Shown piece after piece: positions 1 through 15,000 of a stretch of 64,000 bases of DNA. The notes under the pieces are model-generated. The model ran no database searches and was not told the origin of the DNA. It saw nothing but the letters and a program-made list of their open reading frames with translations. Numbering within the stretch: position 1 is the stretch's first letter; the number at the start of each line of letters is the position of its first letter. Source of the DNA: Perna viridis (Eukaryota); NCBI GenBank assembly GCA_037379345.1, contig CM074518.1, forward strand, positions 7,440,001 to 7,504,000. Reading direction: 5' to 3'. Made by a program: the position numbers and the translations under genes.

Positions 1-631
1 GTTAGGACAATTATGGAAACAACCATCACCAATGATATAGCTCCTTATTTGAATTGAGATTAAATGTTTCACAGATCACAATGAAAGTAGTCAAATAATT
101 TCAAAATTTGCATTTAACGGAAAAAAATGCTTTTTCTGACTCCTTCCTGGTCCTTCATTCCAGAAAGATAAGGGCCATGATCCTTTAAATCCCCCCAACT
201 TTCATTTTGTGGTAAGAATACTTACACTCTAACAGTCGTTCCGATACTATGTAAATGCAGTTTTAACCAAAAATCATTCCACGCCTGGTTTTGTGGCATG
301 GAAACTTATGATACAATTTCATAGTGATCCATACACTAATGTCATCATTAAATTTTTGTTTACATTTGACGCTATTTCTATTCCTAAACAAATAGGATTA
401 CTAGTATTACCAAAAACATCAATCAAAATTTCATACTGTGGTATGTAACCTAAAATTTCAATTCCATAGAAATTCATACAAGAAAATACTTCTTTTTTGC
501 CTTTTTCATTCCCTAATTCTTAATCTATTAAAACCAAACAACCCAAAATCCCAGTTTGACCTACATGCTATAGAACATTGTGATGAGATGTCAAAGAAAT
601 CCATTATTTACTAAAACAATAATATTAGTTA

Positions 632-833
632 TGCGCCCTACTGGTGCACCTGGTCCATGCTCCCAGTTTATAGTGGAGTCCGAGTTGCTCATTTGCTTTT
701 GTTACTTTGTATGTATGATTTTAGTTACTTTATGTTCTTTGTTGTGTATGTCTGTTTACCATGTCTGGTCTTTGTCCCCGGATTACATTCTTTTGACTAC
801 TGCTATAACCTTGGTTCCCTCGATTACTCTTTT
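632..833 (+). mobile_element. 5'-truncated copy of a dispersed retroelement 3' end (same family as 36247 and 45517)
   Basis: Near-identical to the reverse complements of the 36.3-kb and 45.6-kb copies; explains the repeated spurious ORFs GAPGPCSQF and MLPV.SGVRV. Confidence 0.85.
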
Positions 834-2870
834 ACTCTTGAGTTATAGAATCTTTTTTTTTTTCAAGAAAAGCTTGTTGTTGGCCCTTTTTGGTCCCTAT
901 TTCAAAACAGTTACCATCAAAATCAAGAACTAAAAAAAATCAGAAAAGCTAGCATATCAGTTTTTGAACTTAAATTGATCTGGAATATTGTTAGTTTTAT
1001 AGTATATCAAAAAGCTCAGGGCACAACATTGGGTCATTCAGGTTCAAACAATTACACAAAAACATGGTGGCTAAGGTAAATATAGCCAAACAACAATATC
1101 CCATTATTCTGAATTGCACATATTTTTACATCAGTATAATAATAACAAATTAAAATTAGACAAATCATCGTCCAGAAACCATTTTAAGACGAATGGTAAA
1201 AATAAGGACAGATAGACAATGCTTAAATCATTAAGCACCACGTCAAAAGGCAAAAAAATAAAAATTACAAAACAACACTCATTCATAAATATGATATAGA
1301 ATACATGGAACACGTGATGTTTTTGAAAAACAACCTTGATCGGTCAAATTTCATTGAAGAAATGTCTGCTTTGTTGCTCTCCCATAGAGATATGACATTT
1401 CCAACAAGCCTATGATTAATATTATTGCATTATTATATAAACACTGTGTATTATTATGGACAAGAATGCATTTAGTAACATACAAGATCTTCAACATGAT
1501 ATGTTGCTTGCGTGACTGCACCCTCTGTTCCTTCTCGGGTCAAAAACAATTATTTTAAAAGCGCTGATACCATGCATCATGCACAATGCACATGTAGTGC
1601 ATTAATCGATCGGTTCTGTTGGGTCAAAATAATTACAAACTTATCACCAATAACCTCTGTATACCATGTGCAGAGTATGAAGAAACAATCAAACACTTTA
1701 TGTGAAATATGATACCTTGAAGCTCTACAGCTAAAAAGTATTGCTGAATATTATGCAAGATGGGTAATTAATTTGATGGATAATTATAAGTACTGACCTA
1801 ATCCCCGCCCCAAGGGGTGCAACTTTCCACGCCTACCATGGTTCCACAACAATATAACTTATTTAAGATTGACATGTTTTCAGTAAATGTGTGTTTTGCG
1901 CAAATATTGCGTTCAGGGTCAAAACAATTTATTTCATATATGTGAACCGTGCATTGAGAGAATAGTATTAAGTTGCAACTCATAGTTCTATAATGTTGTA
2001 AACTATGCCTTTTTGAATTAATTTGATATAATTCATCTGTGTTAAAGTTTGGAGCTTCTGAATGGCGGCTTTGTTTACGAATCAACAAATTTTACATAGC
2101 GTCATTGCATATGATGACCTACATAACGCAATTGAATTGTATTCATTGTCTGATTTCTATACATTTTATGCAATCAATTTTCTTTACGAGATAGGTAAAA
2201 ATAATAGTGAACAATATTATAGGGTCAAAGTTCAACAACATTAGTTTTATAAAATGGCTTCTGACAATCAGTGTATGGGGGTCAAATTAAAATGTTTAAT
2301 AACTGATTTCAATATTTAACAAGACAACAAAATCATTTTTTAATCATAAAATACATTAATACCTATCAATTTCATCATGTACAACCAATGTCATTATAGG
2401 AACTATTTATGTTTTTACTCCTGTTGTTGATTATACTATCTGTAAACAGTAATTAACATTAGAGCTTACTACACTTGGATACGTTTATGTAATTCAAGTA
2501 ATTATATGCTGTAGTTCTTTGAAGTTGTTTATTTGAGGAAGCAGTCTAAGGGGAACAACTCCAGTGGTCATAAATTTGTCAACAGTGAATGCATGCATAA
2601 TCCGTTTTATTACAAATAGGTTTGAAATAACAGAAATCTAAATTAGAAAATTGGCTGTCAGAACTAAGCTAACACAATTATCTGACAATAAATATCTAAT
2701 ATATAAAAAAGACTTTACATTACCAGCAACTTTTTAACTTTTTCATTGCAACCCACCAAACAATAATTGTCTTCTTATCTTATACAATAACTCTAATGGC
2801 CAGCTAAAAACAAGAAAGTCCTCCATTATTGAAGTACTGCTGAGTAAACCTACCTCCATCTTGAGATTGA

Positions 2871-3050
2871 TCATGCTGTGTTTAGAGAGGTTTTAGATGA
2901 TGATTTACTCTGTGAGGAGTCATCAACATCACTCTGACTCAATGTCCTTTCAAACTCTCTGGCTTCTTCGGCAGATTTTTCTTTCTGTGCCATTTGGTAT
3001 GCTACCTCAAAAGCTTCACCAAGAGTCATAATAATTTCTCTTGCTAAATC
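2871..3050 (-). CDS. ANKS1: ANKS1 last coding exon, PTB C-terminal helix and tail ([21 protein letters not shown]...SLNTA*)
   Basis: ttttttag acceptor, 180 nt ending in TGA. Confidence 0.94.
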   Translation of the reverse strand, partial: DLAREIIMTLGEAFEVAYQMAQKEKSAEEAREFERTLSQSDVDDSSQSKSSSKTSLNTA

Positions 3051-6000
3051 CTAAAAAAGAAAACAAACAATTTGTGGATCATGGACATTATTGGTGATTT
3101 ACAGATAATTATTTTATTGTACTGTAAATTTGAGAATTATATAGCAAAACATGAAAACGTAAACCAATATTCTGGAATTGTTTTTAAATTTGTGGGCAGA
3201 AAATTTGAAGTGCATTTCACCAAATTTTAAAGGAAACAATGCTGTTTTACCATTCTTCGCTATGAAGTGTATAGTGATGTTTTGAATGCATATCAACAAT
3301 TAAAAAAAATGCAGCAACATTTGTTGGTCACTATTACTGTTAGATCTGCCAGTTTCTTACATAGATCTGTATTTAACTTATGATACTATATTTTGGAACT
3401 AACATTTTGGTCATTGATTCTTCAAGCTACTTATAGCATAACATAAATTCAATGTATATCTTTTGTTATCTTCATAAAAATGTTTTGTTTTCTTGTTTAT
3501 TCATATTTAATAAAATGACCTTTTTTATTTTAAAGTCCTTAGAAAACATTTATAAGAATAATACACAATTAAAATGTAACCATTTCCCAGCTGTATAATT
3601 TCAAACCAGATATTAAGAACCTTAGTGCACCATATGCATTGATTGTTTCTATAACATCTCAATAAATCTGTGACAACAATAGTCGGGTAGGGCCACTAAG
3701 CTTAAGTGTGCCCTGTGGGGTGTACATCAAACGAAAAAGATGTTCCTCACAAATAATACAGCAATACAGAAGAATGTTCAGAAGCCATTAAATTGGATTG
3801 AACAACGATGACAGGGTGTCATAATGGAATTATTAATGTCTAAGTAATGGCCAGTTAGTCAAGTACAATAATAAGGTGCTGACTCTGTTAGTATCTCAAC
3901 TTCAAAGGGGAGATCAAAAGTCCCTCGCCACATGGGGTTCTTGGACTGGTCTGCGGTGTTCCGGATCATTTTAATGGAACAGAGTACAAATAAATGTAAT
4001 CCCTTTGGATTAGTGGTCTTGTAAATAAAAGATGTTAATACCCAATTTTATATCATGGTTTGTAATTATGTAATGGAGAAAATAAATAAAAGAAGAATTT
4101 TCTGAAACACCAGGAGAGATTTAATCCTTTATTTCAGATTTGACTGCATTACAGCCAAGCGACTGCATAGCTACTTTAATGCTGCCATATTTAGTAATTA
4201 GAGGGAAATCCTATTTTACCATTCAATATACAACATAGAATTAATAAGGAAATGCCAGGAATGAAAATATCAAGGGATTCATTGACAAAAGACTGATAAA
4301 AGTTTTTTTTTTACTTTTTGCTTTGCATTGAAATTGAAATATGCTTAATAAATAACTCTTATTTTCATTTATACAGACTTTTAGTAAAGTCTTGGATTCA
4401 GAATGTTTATTTTATTTGAAAAATACAACTAACGCACAATTTCCTGAAGAGAAATTATTACAATGTCTTAAATCAATAAAAAGTCGTGGCTAGCCAATAT
4501 TTTTTAAATTAAGATGTGTACCACAAATACAGTGTCAGCACCAAGTGGCGTACACATTACCCTAGAATTAAACCTATTTACAGTACGTCAGTCAGGACAA
4601 ATCTATACAATGGTAACATTACTGGACATCTGACACCTGTTATTATCTCCTGTCTACTGAAAACTTGATTACAGGGGGAGATTAAAATGGTCCAGTTATC
4701 GTTTAATGTTAGTAGTTAATATTAATAGTCCATCATTACGGTAAATCCATTGAAAATCAATGTGCAGTATTATATTGTCCTTAAAAACACACTTTCTTTT
4801 TTATGATGTATCTTATTATTAAGACAAAAGATTTATTATATATTAATTTGTAATGTGTAATTTTTAATTTTTTATTGTTTATATTTTGTTAAAAGAATCT
4901 AAGTTTTGAAATGGCTTTATAGCGAAATACAAAACTAAACACAATAAAAAGGGAATTTATAGGAAAATTACACAAAATGTACATTTTTTTCAAATGTAAA
5001 AAAAAACATTTTCATATCCTTCAATAAGTTAAAAACATTATTTTCATTAGTCTCAATTTTATTTTTTTTTTACTTCATTTAAAGAAAAAAAAGATTTTTC
5101 AGTTCAATCTTGGCAGAATACCATTTTTTGTTTTAAAAACTTCATCCAAACATTAAAACAAGTATACTAAGAAGATAGGTGAGGGGTGTGAAGCAGGATA
5201 GGTCAGGACTTAAAGTTATCCAGTACATCAATACTGAGGTCACATAAACATGTTTACATGGTCACATGATCTTGTTTACTCATGTTCATTCATAACTTTA
5301 TACAAAAGAGTTCCGAAGATTGACAAAGTCATTAAGAGTTCCACACAGTCTATTATTGTTATATGACAAAGCATTAGAAGATAAATCATGATTGTATTAT
5401 CATTACTGGAGCCTTGTTTGCATTTGATAGCAAAAAAATTTGAAACAACCACCCGCATTTGATTGAATATAATAACCGTCAGACCCCATCAAATTACTTA
5501 AACCGTTGTTAAGCTTCCAATAATTTTCAAAATGACTTAACTTTTTAATTAGCTTGTTGTCATTAAACAGGGGAAAAAAGTTCTTTTTGGCTGTATAACA
5601 ATTTCTGTCATAATTAGTGCCAGTTCAATTGCCTAAAGTTTTTTTTTTTTAAATAAATTTTTTAAAAAATTTTCAATATATTATTCAAAATTCATATTAG
5701 ATAGTTTTTAGATTGAAAACAACCAATTATAAAGCATACATAAAATCATTAAAGTAAACAACTTCAGAAAGACAAACAATTTAAAAAGCAAAAAAAAACA
5801 AAGCAGACATAATTCTCTCTTATTTGTTAAGTTTTTATTCTATGGTTCTAGTTCTAATTTAATTATATGTAGTGATCACAGGAAAAATCCCATACATCAA
5901 AACTTTAAACTGATAATATGACTGAACAGATCTACAGGAAAGTTAGCAGATTTTTTAACATGAGAATGGAGACTTCCATTATTTTTTTGACAGGTATCGT

Positions 6001-9000
6001 AAGCCAGGAAGACAGATGGGGATAAAATCTGCAAATCAACTAGACAGATGTAAGATCGTCACTAAGTTCCACCCTTACCTAATGATCGGTAAAATTAATT
6101 GGACAAACTAAAATATTTTGGTAAATCGGGCGAAAGCAGTGAAATCATGCGTTGGTCAAAAGAGGAATGCAAGATAATAAAATTACCGATCTACGAATCA
6201 TTGAAACATCACTTGATGAAATTCTTGTTATGATGACAATAGCAATAATTAATTTCTTGTTTGTAGAATTGCTAGTACTTCAGAAAACCCTGGTTTTTTG
6301 GCCTAATGATGTATAATATAACTGTGTGATTCCTGTCAAGGAGTTCACCCAGGGTTGTTTCTGCTTCACTGAGTTTAGAAATGAATGGACAATCAATTAG
6401 CGACATGAATAGTGCTTGTTAGTGATCTAATTATAAAGTGACTTTGTGTCTGAACAGTAACAAACAAATGTTCATACACATACTGTCACAATATTTATTT
6501 GTGAATGCTTCTAGAAATTTCCTCTTCAAATGTTTTAAGTAACTTAATCAATTTTATGTTGATAAATTTTGTAGAATGAAATTCATTATTTCTATATTGT
6601 CTTTATTTATTTTCTGTCTCTACCCGTTTGTAAAGTCTATGCAGACAAGCAAAATACGTCATTTTTCAACTTTTTGCTAGGTACAAGTACACAAATGAAG
6701 CAGAAGGTAAACTATAAGCATCTCTTTATACAAATACATCATGATTTAAAATAATGAAAAATGTGAAACCAATGAAGTGTTTATCCTTTATACATCAGTC
6801 ATTATACTTTAAACATAGTTACTGAAGTTCCATGTATTGTGTGTGTCCAGTTGTATCTGTTTTCTATATTGAATGTAAGCATGACAATAAATTTTCCCCA
6901 ACTCTAAATGAATAAATTAATAGTATATTATTTCTGTCTATGAAGATTTACCTCAATTACATTGTGCAGAGTCAATAACCAGTGAAAAGGTTATTTTCAA
7001 GTATGCAGCATGGGCATTCAGTTATTTTCAAAAGACAAAAATATAACATAATTATCATTCCTTACAATTTAATATTGGTATCAAAATTTAACGAGCAGAT
7101 CATTAAAAAAGTGTTAATGAAGTCACGGTCACAAAAAAAAATATTTTGTCCATGAAATGACAGATGGAATACCTTACCCAATCAGATGTATGTTACTTCC
7201 AAAACTATCATTGTATGTAGATTTCACTTGAATCGTATAACGAGAATAGGTATTGTATACTTACAGCAGTTCTGACACTAAACACATGACAGTAATGTTT
7301 CCCTGTCTCGTTGTCTCTTGTAATGTAGGCAAAAAAGTTCATACTCTCTGCATCCTGACAGGCACAAAAAATATTCACTATCTCATGATCACAGATTTCC
7401 TTCTGAAAGTAGAAAAAGAGAGAAAAGTATTATAAAAGAAAGTTTGAAGAATAATGCAATACTGGATGCAGCTTGATAAGACCACAAAAGTTGAGCTCTG
7501 AATAGTTGGAACATCTTAATCAGTTTGTGGTTAGACACAGCAGAGATTTCTGGCAGAGTGAATGTGATATCATATAAAACCGGAGACCTATTAGGTCACC
7601 TAAAGAACACTGGAGATTAGGTCTGGGGCATGGGAAAATGTGATATCAGATAAAACCAGAGACCTATAAGGTTTGAAGATTAGGTTTCTGGCTGAGTGAA
7701 TGAGATCATAGACAACAAAAAACACCTTTAGTTATGGAAATGGTTGTGAGCGAAGTCAAACGTATTTATAAACTAAGAATTCCAAAGCATAAAATCTACT
7801 TTAAGAAATGTAGTAAGATAAAAAATTAAAAATGGATATAGATTAAACCAATCCTTAGAGTAAGATACTTTTAAAATTAACAATAATAAATGCTTAACAG
7901 GGCCCAACTTGATACAACCCCAGAGGTCAAACTTCAAATTTTGATTCTGATTAGATATTTGACAAAGAATAAGAATTTGACCAGAATTAAAGTGGTCACG
8001 TTTTGGCCATTTTTTTTCTAAGTGGTTCCAATTAAAACCTCAAAAATCAATTCAACCCTTGCTTTGGGAGCATGACACTTGTGGTACAATTTCAAAGATA
8101 TCCATTCCCTTTTACTCAAGTTATTATCCAGAAATAAAAAAAATACTTGATTCTGATCCCTTAATCCCCCTTTATTCTTACTAAGCTCAAGTCACAACCC
8201 AAAAAATTAATCCCAGTCTTCCTTTTCTGTTATGGCACCTTGAAGTAAAATTTATATGAGATCCTTCCACATAATCCAAATAAAATTAATAGCAGATTCT
8301 CACCCCCTTCAGCCCCTAAAAAATTGGCAAGAATTTCAAAATCAGGATTTTTCACGTCAGTTTCTAGTAATGAGATACTATAACACACAAATCTTTCATT
8401 TCTTGATGACTTAAACCATGTTTTTTCTCTTAAACTCATGTGGCAATGGATTTAGCACATATCTATACTTCAAATAGCTAAAATTAGGCTAGCAAATATC
8501 TGGAAAGATATAAAAAAAAAAAATAATAAAATCCTCCCACCCATCCTATAATTTTTGTGAAGGTTGGATGTTAATCTACCATTTAAGTTTACATAGCCTG
8601 ATACTCAAGTTAATGTCTAGACATGAAAAAAATGCTGGTTTTAGGCCCTTTTTGGCTCTTAATTCTAAAAAGGTTCATCTTGACTCCAAAAATCACTCTC
8701 AACTTATGGCACCTTGTAATGCAATTCAAAGTGATCAATTCATTATTGTTAAATTATTGAAGGGACATCAGAAAAATCCATGTTTCTGGTTCCCCTTTTT
8801 GAATGGCCCCTAATTTCTAAAATGTTAAATTCTTAATCCCAAATATCCATACCAATCTGACAATTGTGGTATAAAATATTATTGAACAATATCATAGACA
8901 TTTCTACATGGGTAACAAAGTTAACATTCTATAGAATATTTGATTCTGGCCCCTAATTCTTAAACAGTTGGGGCCATAGCCCACAAAATCAATACCAACC

Positions 9001-12000
9001 CTCCTTTTGTGGATTGGAACCTTGTTATGAAATTTTAAAAACATCAACCAGCTCATCTTTCAAGTCATCACAGAAAAACCAACTAAACAGAACAGATATT
9101 GATTTAGATGTGCAATTACCTATCAGAACAATGACATAGGCCTCAGATAACTCATCAGGACAGATACTGACATAAGCCTGAGAAAACCCATCAGGACAGA
9201 TACTGACATAGGTGTGAGATAGCCAATCAAGACAGATACTGACATAAGTGTCAGATAACCCATCAGGACAGACACTAACATAGGTGTGAGATAACCTGAC
9301 ATAAGTGTGTAATAACCCATCAGAACAGATACTGACATAAGTGTGTAATAACCCATCAGGACAGATACTGACAAAGGCCCAAGATAACCCATCAGGACAA
9401 ATACTAACAAAGGCCTAAAATAATCCATCAGCACAGATACTGAAATAAGTGTGTGATAACCCCTCAGGACAGATACTGACATAAGTGTGTGATAACCCAT
9501 TAGGACAAACACTGACATAAGCCTGAGATAACCCATCAGGACAGACACTGACATAGATCTGAGATAACCCCTCAGGACAGATACTGACATAAGTGTGTGA
9601 TAATCCATCAGGACTGACATTGATATAGATGTGTGATAACAAATCATGTCAAATATCAACATATGTGTGTGATAACCAATCAGGTCAAATACTGACATAA
9701 ATGTGTAGTAACCCATCAGGTTATACAGACATGTGCGTAATAACCCATCATGTCAGATATTGACTTATGTATGTGATAATCCATCAAGTCAAATTGACAT
9801 ATGTGTGAGATAACAATCAGGAGAGATACTACTATAGATGTATGGCCCATCACTGGTCAGACAGTGTGATATTAGTATGGGAAAATCCATTATCTTGTAG
9901 TATATTAGTCAGCTAACCTTTGACCTGGCATCAATGAACTTGACCCCTCGATAAGATATTGACAACATTATGGTAGGTATCTTTGCTATGGCATCAGCTG
10001 ATTTCTAGAAGAAAAAAAAAACAATTTGGTTTTTACTATCATAAATATCACAAACTTATACATTATATCAATGTTTAACTTAGATATTGTAGTTTTTATT
10101 TTCCAAGATATCTTAACATGATCAATAATGACAAGTATGTGGACTGTTCAGTAAAACATTATGTAGTGGTTAACATCATTACAACACTAAAAAAACTTCA
10201 TAAAATAGGGTATAGAGAGCAATATAGCTGGACTGTAACTAAACCACAGAATCTCATTTGGTCTCTGATCGTTTAAGGCAATATAAATGACCTCAGACCA
10301 CATTAACCTCAAAATAATCCTAAATATATAAATGAAAACAAATGATTGTTAAACTCAGTCTTGGTTACAGTTAAATGTAATAGAATTATTTCTAGGAAAG
10401 CATCACTATTATTTAGTGTAATTATTATAAAGTTTTTGTCGTTAGATTTGTGCAGAATCCTATAGAAATGACTTTAAGAATCATTCTTTTCATCAGAATG
10501 ATTAATGGGAACCATAAAGAATACAATATCATTAGCCCTATCTGAAATCCAATGATCTTTGATTTATATCCTTATATATCTTTATCATAAACGCTCCAAT
10601 GACTCTTAAAATGAATACAGAAGTCATTACAGTTTCCAAATTAATTTTTCCGTAGAACATGTCGGAAATGAGGTACTTTGAAAAGAAAGAAATCAAAGTT
10701 GACGAACAAGGAAGCGTATGCACTATCTTTATCTTTCGTCACTTAACTTGTACAATGCAACTTTCATTAAAGAAGACCCAATATTAATTTCCCATATTAA
10801 GCTAAAAATTCAGATATAATGTGTAAGGCGTAATACTTCCACGACTCTGAGCTAACAGTAGTAATCGAAAATACATTCATCACCTTTTGAATTTCCGCCA
10901 GAAAACAACAATATCAATATATCAGTTGAACTCTTGCCATTTCTGATCAACGCTACTGATGCAATTTTACTCAAGACATGAACTTCAAAATGGTCAAAAA
11001 CAAAAATGAAGAAATATAAAATATGAAGATGGATGCCCTGATCTGAATTAATACACTTATGCTTCATTTAACATTTTAACAGGCGATGTGATTATCGATG
11101 GTTGCCCATTGACCAGCATGCTTGTGTGTCAATCATAGTTTTAATCCTATTGTTTGGAAAGAAGAGTATCCATCTATCAAAGTAATAACAAATACAATCA
11201 TTTCATAAATGAAATTCTCTACAGGAGAAACAAGTTAAATAAAAGAAATGTAATACATTGAACAGCCCCATGTCAAAGATTCAAAGAGGCATCTGACATC
11301 ATGGTTCCATCAATACAACATGAAACTGTTTTTTTTTTTTTAAGAAATATCTTAAAATGCTTTGAAACTTTAAAATGTGCATCAACTGGACTTCCATCAT
11401 AACTTAGTCCTTAAAATCAACAAATTATCTGCATCCAGAATATTAATAAGTCAACTTGGATGAATTTACAAGTGGAACCCTATTTGATCACCTAGCTGGT
11501 ACTTGTAAGATTCAGTCCTAGTTTTAATGAAATATGTCTATCTAAACTGTCAGTTTTTCAGTACTGTTCCTGTCCCTAGGACTAAATACTGTGGTCTTTT
11601 CTCAGTATTATTCCAGTTCCCATGAGTAAATACTGTTGTCTTTTCTCAGTACTGTTCCAGTCCTCATGAGTAAATACTTCGGTCTTTTCTCAGTACCATT
11701 CTAGTCCCCATAAGTAAATACGGTAGTCTTTTCTCGGTACTGTCTTTTATCAGTACTGTTCTAGTCCCCAGGACTAAATACTGTTGTCTTTTCTCAGTAC
11801 TGTTTCAGTCCCCATGAATAATGTGGTCTTTTCTCAGTACTGTTCCAGTCTCCATGAATACTGTGGTCTTTTCTCTGTACTGTTCCAGTTCCCATGAGAA
11901 AATATTGTGGTCTTTTCTCAGTACTGTTCCAGTCCTCATGAGAAAATACTGTGGTCTTTTTTCGGTACCATTCTAGTCCCCAGGATTAAATACTGTGGTC

Positions 12001-15000
12001 TTTTCTCAGTAATGTTCCAGTCCCCATAAGTAAATACTGTTGTCTTTTCTCAGTACCGTTCCAGTCCCAAGGACTAAATACTGTGGTCCTTTCTCAGTAC
12101 TGATCCAGACCCAAGATTTAAATACAGTGGTCTAACTCCAGTTGATCTCTAGAAGGTCAAGTCTAGAGGTCAAAGATTATTTTCAGAAACTACACAGTTA
12201 ACATACTAGCACTCTATGCATCAAATGTTCAAGAAAGTATACAAAAAATATTCCTTCAAAAATCTTAAATGGTTAATTAATGTTTTATAGAGAACTTAGG
12301 AGTGTATTGAAGTCTGCCTCTATAGCAAAAAGGAAATATATATCTTTTGTTTACAATTCTACAAAAAGGTCCATGTAAGGTAAGCGTAACACAGATACCA
12401 AATTTGAAGTGTGTAAAAAGCAATAAAGAAATTGAACCCATAACATGATGTATTACTCAAATAATTTAGAAGAAGAAAATTTAATTTTCATTGTGCGGGT
12501 CATCTATAACAGTAGTCGAAAAGTAATGACACTGATTTCTGTAAACTCGTAGGTATGCTCAATTGAGTTAAGTAAGGTTGAGCGAATCTTGCCGAGAAAA
12601 ACTAGGATTCATTAATTCTATACAATATGATTCTCTGTGCTTCTTCTAATAATGTCAGTTTCCCCCGATTCAACATCAATCAATGTGGTCGAAATCGACA
12701 TCTTTTGATTTCACATTTCTAAACAACTACTGCAAACACTTTGTAAAGGTCATTTAATGGTGACTTGTATACGGCAAGGCAGACTTATTCAAAAACAGGA
12801 AAAATTAATGATGAACTTTTCAGTAGATATTAATTCAAGCCATTCATATAAACTTCAAAGTGCCTAACATTTATTTTGGATGGCGAACATCAAATATGAT
12901 GAGAATTATAGAAACGCTGGCAAGAATAGGAAATAATTAAGGCGATTAATTGAATCATCTCGCCACAATTTGATGCCTCTGTAATATAGATGGCGCTTAC
13001 TTCCAGTCCAATAGACATTAGATTTGCCATATGAAATGATGTTAGGTATTGGTTTGTCAGTTGGGGAACAAATCCGGAAAAATTGTCCATGACAGCATGA
13101 GATGAGAGTAATCATGAATTGCCCAAGAAGATATACGTTTGTTTAATGTAGACAACCAATGTGACTTGGTTCACGTCTGAGAAGCTTATCAATTGTAAAC
13201 TATTACTGACTAAAGCAAGGATCAGGGAAGCTGAATGATCAACTACGCCTCATATACTTTACAAGATGGTCAATTCAGTATTCAATTGATCAAAGTAATA
13301 TAGGCTAATTGACGCTGCATCATAGAATTTAATTTCAAATTGTAATGAGTTTAATCATTTGAAATTAGCATCAGATTTTAAGTATGTACTAAAAGAACTA
13401 ATCAATTTACACCAAATAAGTTTAAGAAAATTTAGCATGAATGAATAAATTTGAAAGATTAATTTGTTTAGCTGACATATGAATAGTTTTGGATAATTGA
13501 CGCTTAAAACACACACCAAAAACATCATCTAAAATAAATCAATATAAAAAATTAATCCAATCCTAGTTATAAGTACTTTATCCTATCAAACCAAATTACC
13601 AACATAACTATCAATACAATACCATCTTGTCCCAATTAAATATCTTTTTACCCCCTATGAACTTACTGGGTCTCTATAATATATGATCACAATAAACCCA
13701 TTTTTAAGAGAGCAATTATAGACTATTTTGGCAATAATGGTGCAATATAAAACACTAATAAAAGTTCATCTGGCAAATTACAAAAACCTTACAAAAATTT
13801 TAAAGCTTGAAAATTTGACTAAATTTTCTTTGTAAATTGGATTGTTATCTTCCTGATAATGCAGCACATGAACAGATTCCTTAGATCAACTTAAAATGAA
13901 CTGACATCTTCTAAATATACTGAACATCAATCTGACTCTATAACCTTGACCTTCAAATGTAAATTTCAAATCATTTAATAAACATGTTAATCAATTCCTG
14001 ATGGAATCCCATTTTTCCTGCTGGATTCCTGTTTTAATAAGAAAAATAACTCATAGAGTATGTATGCCTAAGTTTTAATCTCAATCTCATAAATTAAAAC
14101 TCTCACAGGAAATTTTAACTAGCTGAAAAAAATTAAATGAAGTCAGTTTTGATACAAGCAAGCTTGTTTGTTAAATGTCAAATACAAGATCTGTAAGTAA
14201 CATTTTTATATAAATCCTATACATTTTATCTTGTAGAATATAAAATATCATGAAGTACAGACAATTTCAACATTAAAACCATAGTAACTTAAGAAAGAGG
14301 AATATTTTTTCCTATTATTACTAGTACCTAAAATTCAAGTATTACTTCCTACTCATGATATGAAATTTTACTAAAAGATCAATGGAACCAATAAATATTA
14401 AGTGAAGGGCATATCTTTATTCAATTAATAAAAAACCTGCTTTTAATAGCATTTAAAGAAGTCTATGCAATGAAAGAAACAACTTTAATTCACTGTCAAA
14501 AGAGAGATAACTCTTATCAATAAATATTTCAGGGTACAATACAAGCAAATACAAAAATACTTTAATCAGAACTATTGTACTGAAACTTCTAATGCACCAT
14601 CATTGACTAATCTATTTTCTATCAATGGATTGCTGTATGATTACTTATATTGACAAATTCCAGTACCTAAGTTCCAGAGTACTGGTAATGTATTCTCTGA
14701 TAAGACAACTGTCATTCATAACCACAGTTCAGGATTAGATTTGACCTAAATGTGCTGACTTTTTTCACATAAATGATACATCTTGAATAATAAATACAAA
14801 ACTCCTTCATGACTGAAATTCTTATCTCCTAACATTTGAAGTAACCAATAATGTGGCAATTAAAATATATTACAGTTCTGACCATTCTATCAGTTTTACA
14901 CTGTACTTTTTCATGCAATGTTAACAATAGAACGTTTGGTCTGAAATGAACAGAAAAGCATTGAGGCGAGGATATATAAGAATTTGTCAAAAGCTTAATA

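Noticed and set aside
580-933. Hydrophobic ORFs repeated at 36246 and 45429
   Set aside because: Translations of the GT-rich tail of a dispersed repeat.
2871-2885. C-terminal PDZ-binding motif
   Set aside because: The tail is LNTA; position -2 is Asn, not a class I or II consensus.
9123-9716. 197-aa ORF with 12-aa repeats
   Set aside because: By-product of a 36-bp minisatellite; no domain and no role in the gene model.
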